Shown here piece by piece: positions 62,536-64,000 of a stretch of 64,000 nt of DNA. Within the stretch, counting starts at the first letter, position 1, and every line of letters starts with the position of its first letter. Under the pieces are notes generated by a model. That model made no database searches and was not told the origin of the DNA. It saw only the letters and a list, made by a program, of their open reading frames with translations. Source of the stretch: a virus. Position numbers and translations under genes: made by a program. Location of the stretch: positions 46,305 through 110,304 of the IMG/VR virus record IMGVR_UViG_3300049811_000081; one strand, given 5' to 3'.

Positions 62536-63636
62536 TTACTGTGTTTTTTTATTGTATGTTGTTAATTTTTTTATTTTCTGAATTTCATCATTAACCTCTT
62601 GGGGGATTTTGTTTTCATTAACTTGCTTAACCTTTTCAGGTTCTTTCCAAGCATGTCCCCAACTAACATTAAACTCTTTCTTTTCCTTTTCTTTTTTCCT
62701 CTTAACTTTATCTACTATTTTTTTACCTGTATCTGTTTTTATAACATTGGCAGCATCTTGTGAGTTACCCATTTTTGGGTCGCCAGTTAATGCCTTTTCT
62801 GCTCTTTCTTTAAAAGTATCTGAAGGTTCTACATCGTAATCAAAATCTTCCATTCCACCTCCTCTATAATCAGAAACGGTTTCATCTTCTTCTTTAGAAT
62901 TCTGTCTCGCAACCTTTTCTCCTTTACCGATTTGTTTTGGAAATTCAGGATTATCATTTCCATCAAAAGAAAGATATTGTTTTATCTTTTTTTCAACATC
63001 ACTCATGTAACTATCATTATCTTTCTTAGAACCTTTTTGGGCGTTTTTGGTCACTTCAATTCCGGGAATTGCTTCAATAACCATTTTCTTAATCATTTCA
63101 ATAAGTTCACTTTCTTTCAGTCTAATTTTCTTCCTTTCATTTATTTGTGATCCCGAACATTCGGCACAAACACCTTCTTCGTTTAATTCACCCCCACATT
63201 CCGAACAAGTTTGTTTTGCTTCCTCTAATCCAACATCATTACTTACTTTCTTTCCAGATCTTGGAGATCTCAATATTTTCTCAAAATCAATTCCTTCTGT
63301 AGTTTCCTCTTCGGAAAACTCCTGATCTCCACATTCCGAACATTCTTCTTCCGTTTCATCAATTTCCTCACTCATTTCATCAAACTTATCAATCATTTCA
63401 TCATATGATTGATAGTCTCCGGGTTCAATTATTAATTCTTTCCCCGGATGTTCATTTTTGTACTTTGGGAGATACTCATTTGCCTCTTGCTCTGTTTCAT
63501 ATGTGGCAAGTGGAACACCGTCTGCTTTTATATGGTAAACCTCTTTACCTGAATTTTCGTTTAAAACCGATTTCTTTATCTCTTCAGATACCAATTTTTG
63601 AACTATCTGGTCAATGTCTTTTATTTTTAGTTTCAT
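62536..63636 (-). CDS. Acidic probable prohead-core/scaffold-like protein with CxxC motifs
   Basis: Repeated L/I/V-x-E motifs, KIRLKESELIEMIKKMVIE, three CxxC (CSECG, CSECG, CAECS); ATATTTAT 5 nt upstream of ATG 63636. Confidence 0.6.
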   Translation of the reverse strand: MKLKIKDIDQIVQKLVSEEIKKSVLNENSGKEVYHIKADGVPLATYETEQEANEYLPKYKNEHPGKELIIEPGDYQSYDEMIDKFDEMSEEIDETEEECSECGDQEFSEEETTEGIDFEKILRSPRSGKKVSNDVGLEEAKQTCSECGGELNEEGVCAECSGSQINERKKIRLKESELIEMIKKMVIEAIPGIEVTKNAQKGSKKDNDSYMSDVEKKIKQYLSFDGNDNPEFPKQIGKGEKVARQNSKEEDETVSDYRGGGMEDFDYDVEPSDTFKERAEKALTGDPKMGNSQDAANVIKTDTGKKIVDKVKRKKEKEKKEFNVSWGHAWKEPEKVKQVNENKIPQEVNDEIQKIKKLTTYNKKTQ

Positions 63637-64000
63637 ATTCAATAAATATCTCTTTTATTTCGTTTAATACGATATTTTCTATTTCTTTCTTAGGTATTCC
63701 ATACTTTTTTGAGGTCTCTTCGATTGTCTCCTTTAGCATTTCAATTGAGTTAATATCTCCTTGATTACAATATGGAAATTTTTTACACTTATCTTTGATT
63801 TTTATAAAAACCCCTCCAGGACCACCCCATTTAGGGAACTTTTTATCTTTGACTGCTCTGCTTGACTTCACACTTTTCTCCCCATCAATTTTTAGAGGAT
63901 TTTTTCTCCCTTTTGGTGTTTTACCAAATGTAGGAACATCGTATTGACCGGCATCCGTACCTCCAAAAACTTCTTTTAAATCCGTATTATGTAAAACGAT
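63611..64000 (-). CDS. Partial hypothetical protein (open to window end)
   Basis: Frame stays open from 64000 (IVLHNTDLKEVFGGTDAGQYDVP...KIKDKCKKFPYCNQGD). Confidence 0.65.
   Translation of the reverse strand: MVLHNTDLKEVFGGTDAGQYDVPTFGKTPKGRKNPLKIDGEKSVKSSRAVKDKKFPKWGGPGGVFIKIKDKCKKFPYCNQGDINSIEMLKETIEETSKKYGIPKKEIENIVLNEIKEIFIEYETKNKRH

Noticed and set aside
1-64000. Stop-codon reassignment as seen in some large phages
   Set aside because: Recognisable genes (rtcB, gmd, nusG, dam, GTs) are full length in the standard code, and TAA, TAG and TGA all end genes at sensible positions

Overview
This AT-rich (roughly 30% GC by eye), gene-dense window is best read as part of a large lytic tailed-phage (jumbo-type) genome infecting a Bacteroidota host. 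Supporting signs are TTTG-N18-20-TAnnTTTG host-type promoters, a Bacteroidota-style lipoprotein, an Hc1-like nucleoid protein, YopX, PcfJ-like and LAGLIDADG genes, an S74-chaperone fibre, and no housekeeping operons. 1-28.5 kb holds mostly minus-strand small accessory genes. These include a putative counter-defence set (SpoU methylase, HD hydrolase, RtcB, NADAR), host-takeover candidates (stand-alone DnaA domain IV, pseudo-receiver), a multidomain peptidoglycan hydrolase, and an unannotated ~205-nt highly structured RNA with its own promoter (12243-12450). 28.8-44.6 kb (+) is a 17-gene glycan and nucleotide-sugar cluster. 44.6-56.4 kb (-) converges on it and encodes an Aah/TibC-type protein O-heptosyltransferase homologue, a three-domain glycosyl/methyltransferase, three tail-associated proteins and a 1408-aa fibre with ~800 residues of Gly-Ser/Thr-Ser repeat. 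The main hypothesis is a phage-encoded system that O-glycosylates a nearly proline-free collagen-like virion fibre. 56.5-64 kb holds glutaredoxin, thioredoxin, an AAA ATPase, NusG, a Dam-family methylase, an Hc1-like protein and probable head-internal proteins. All family calls come from motif recognition by eye; no database search or folding program was run.
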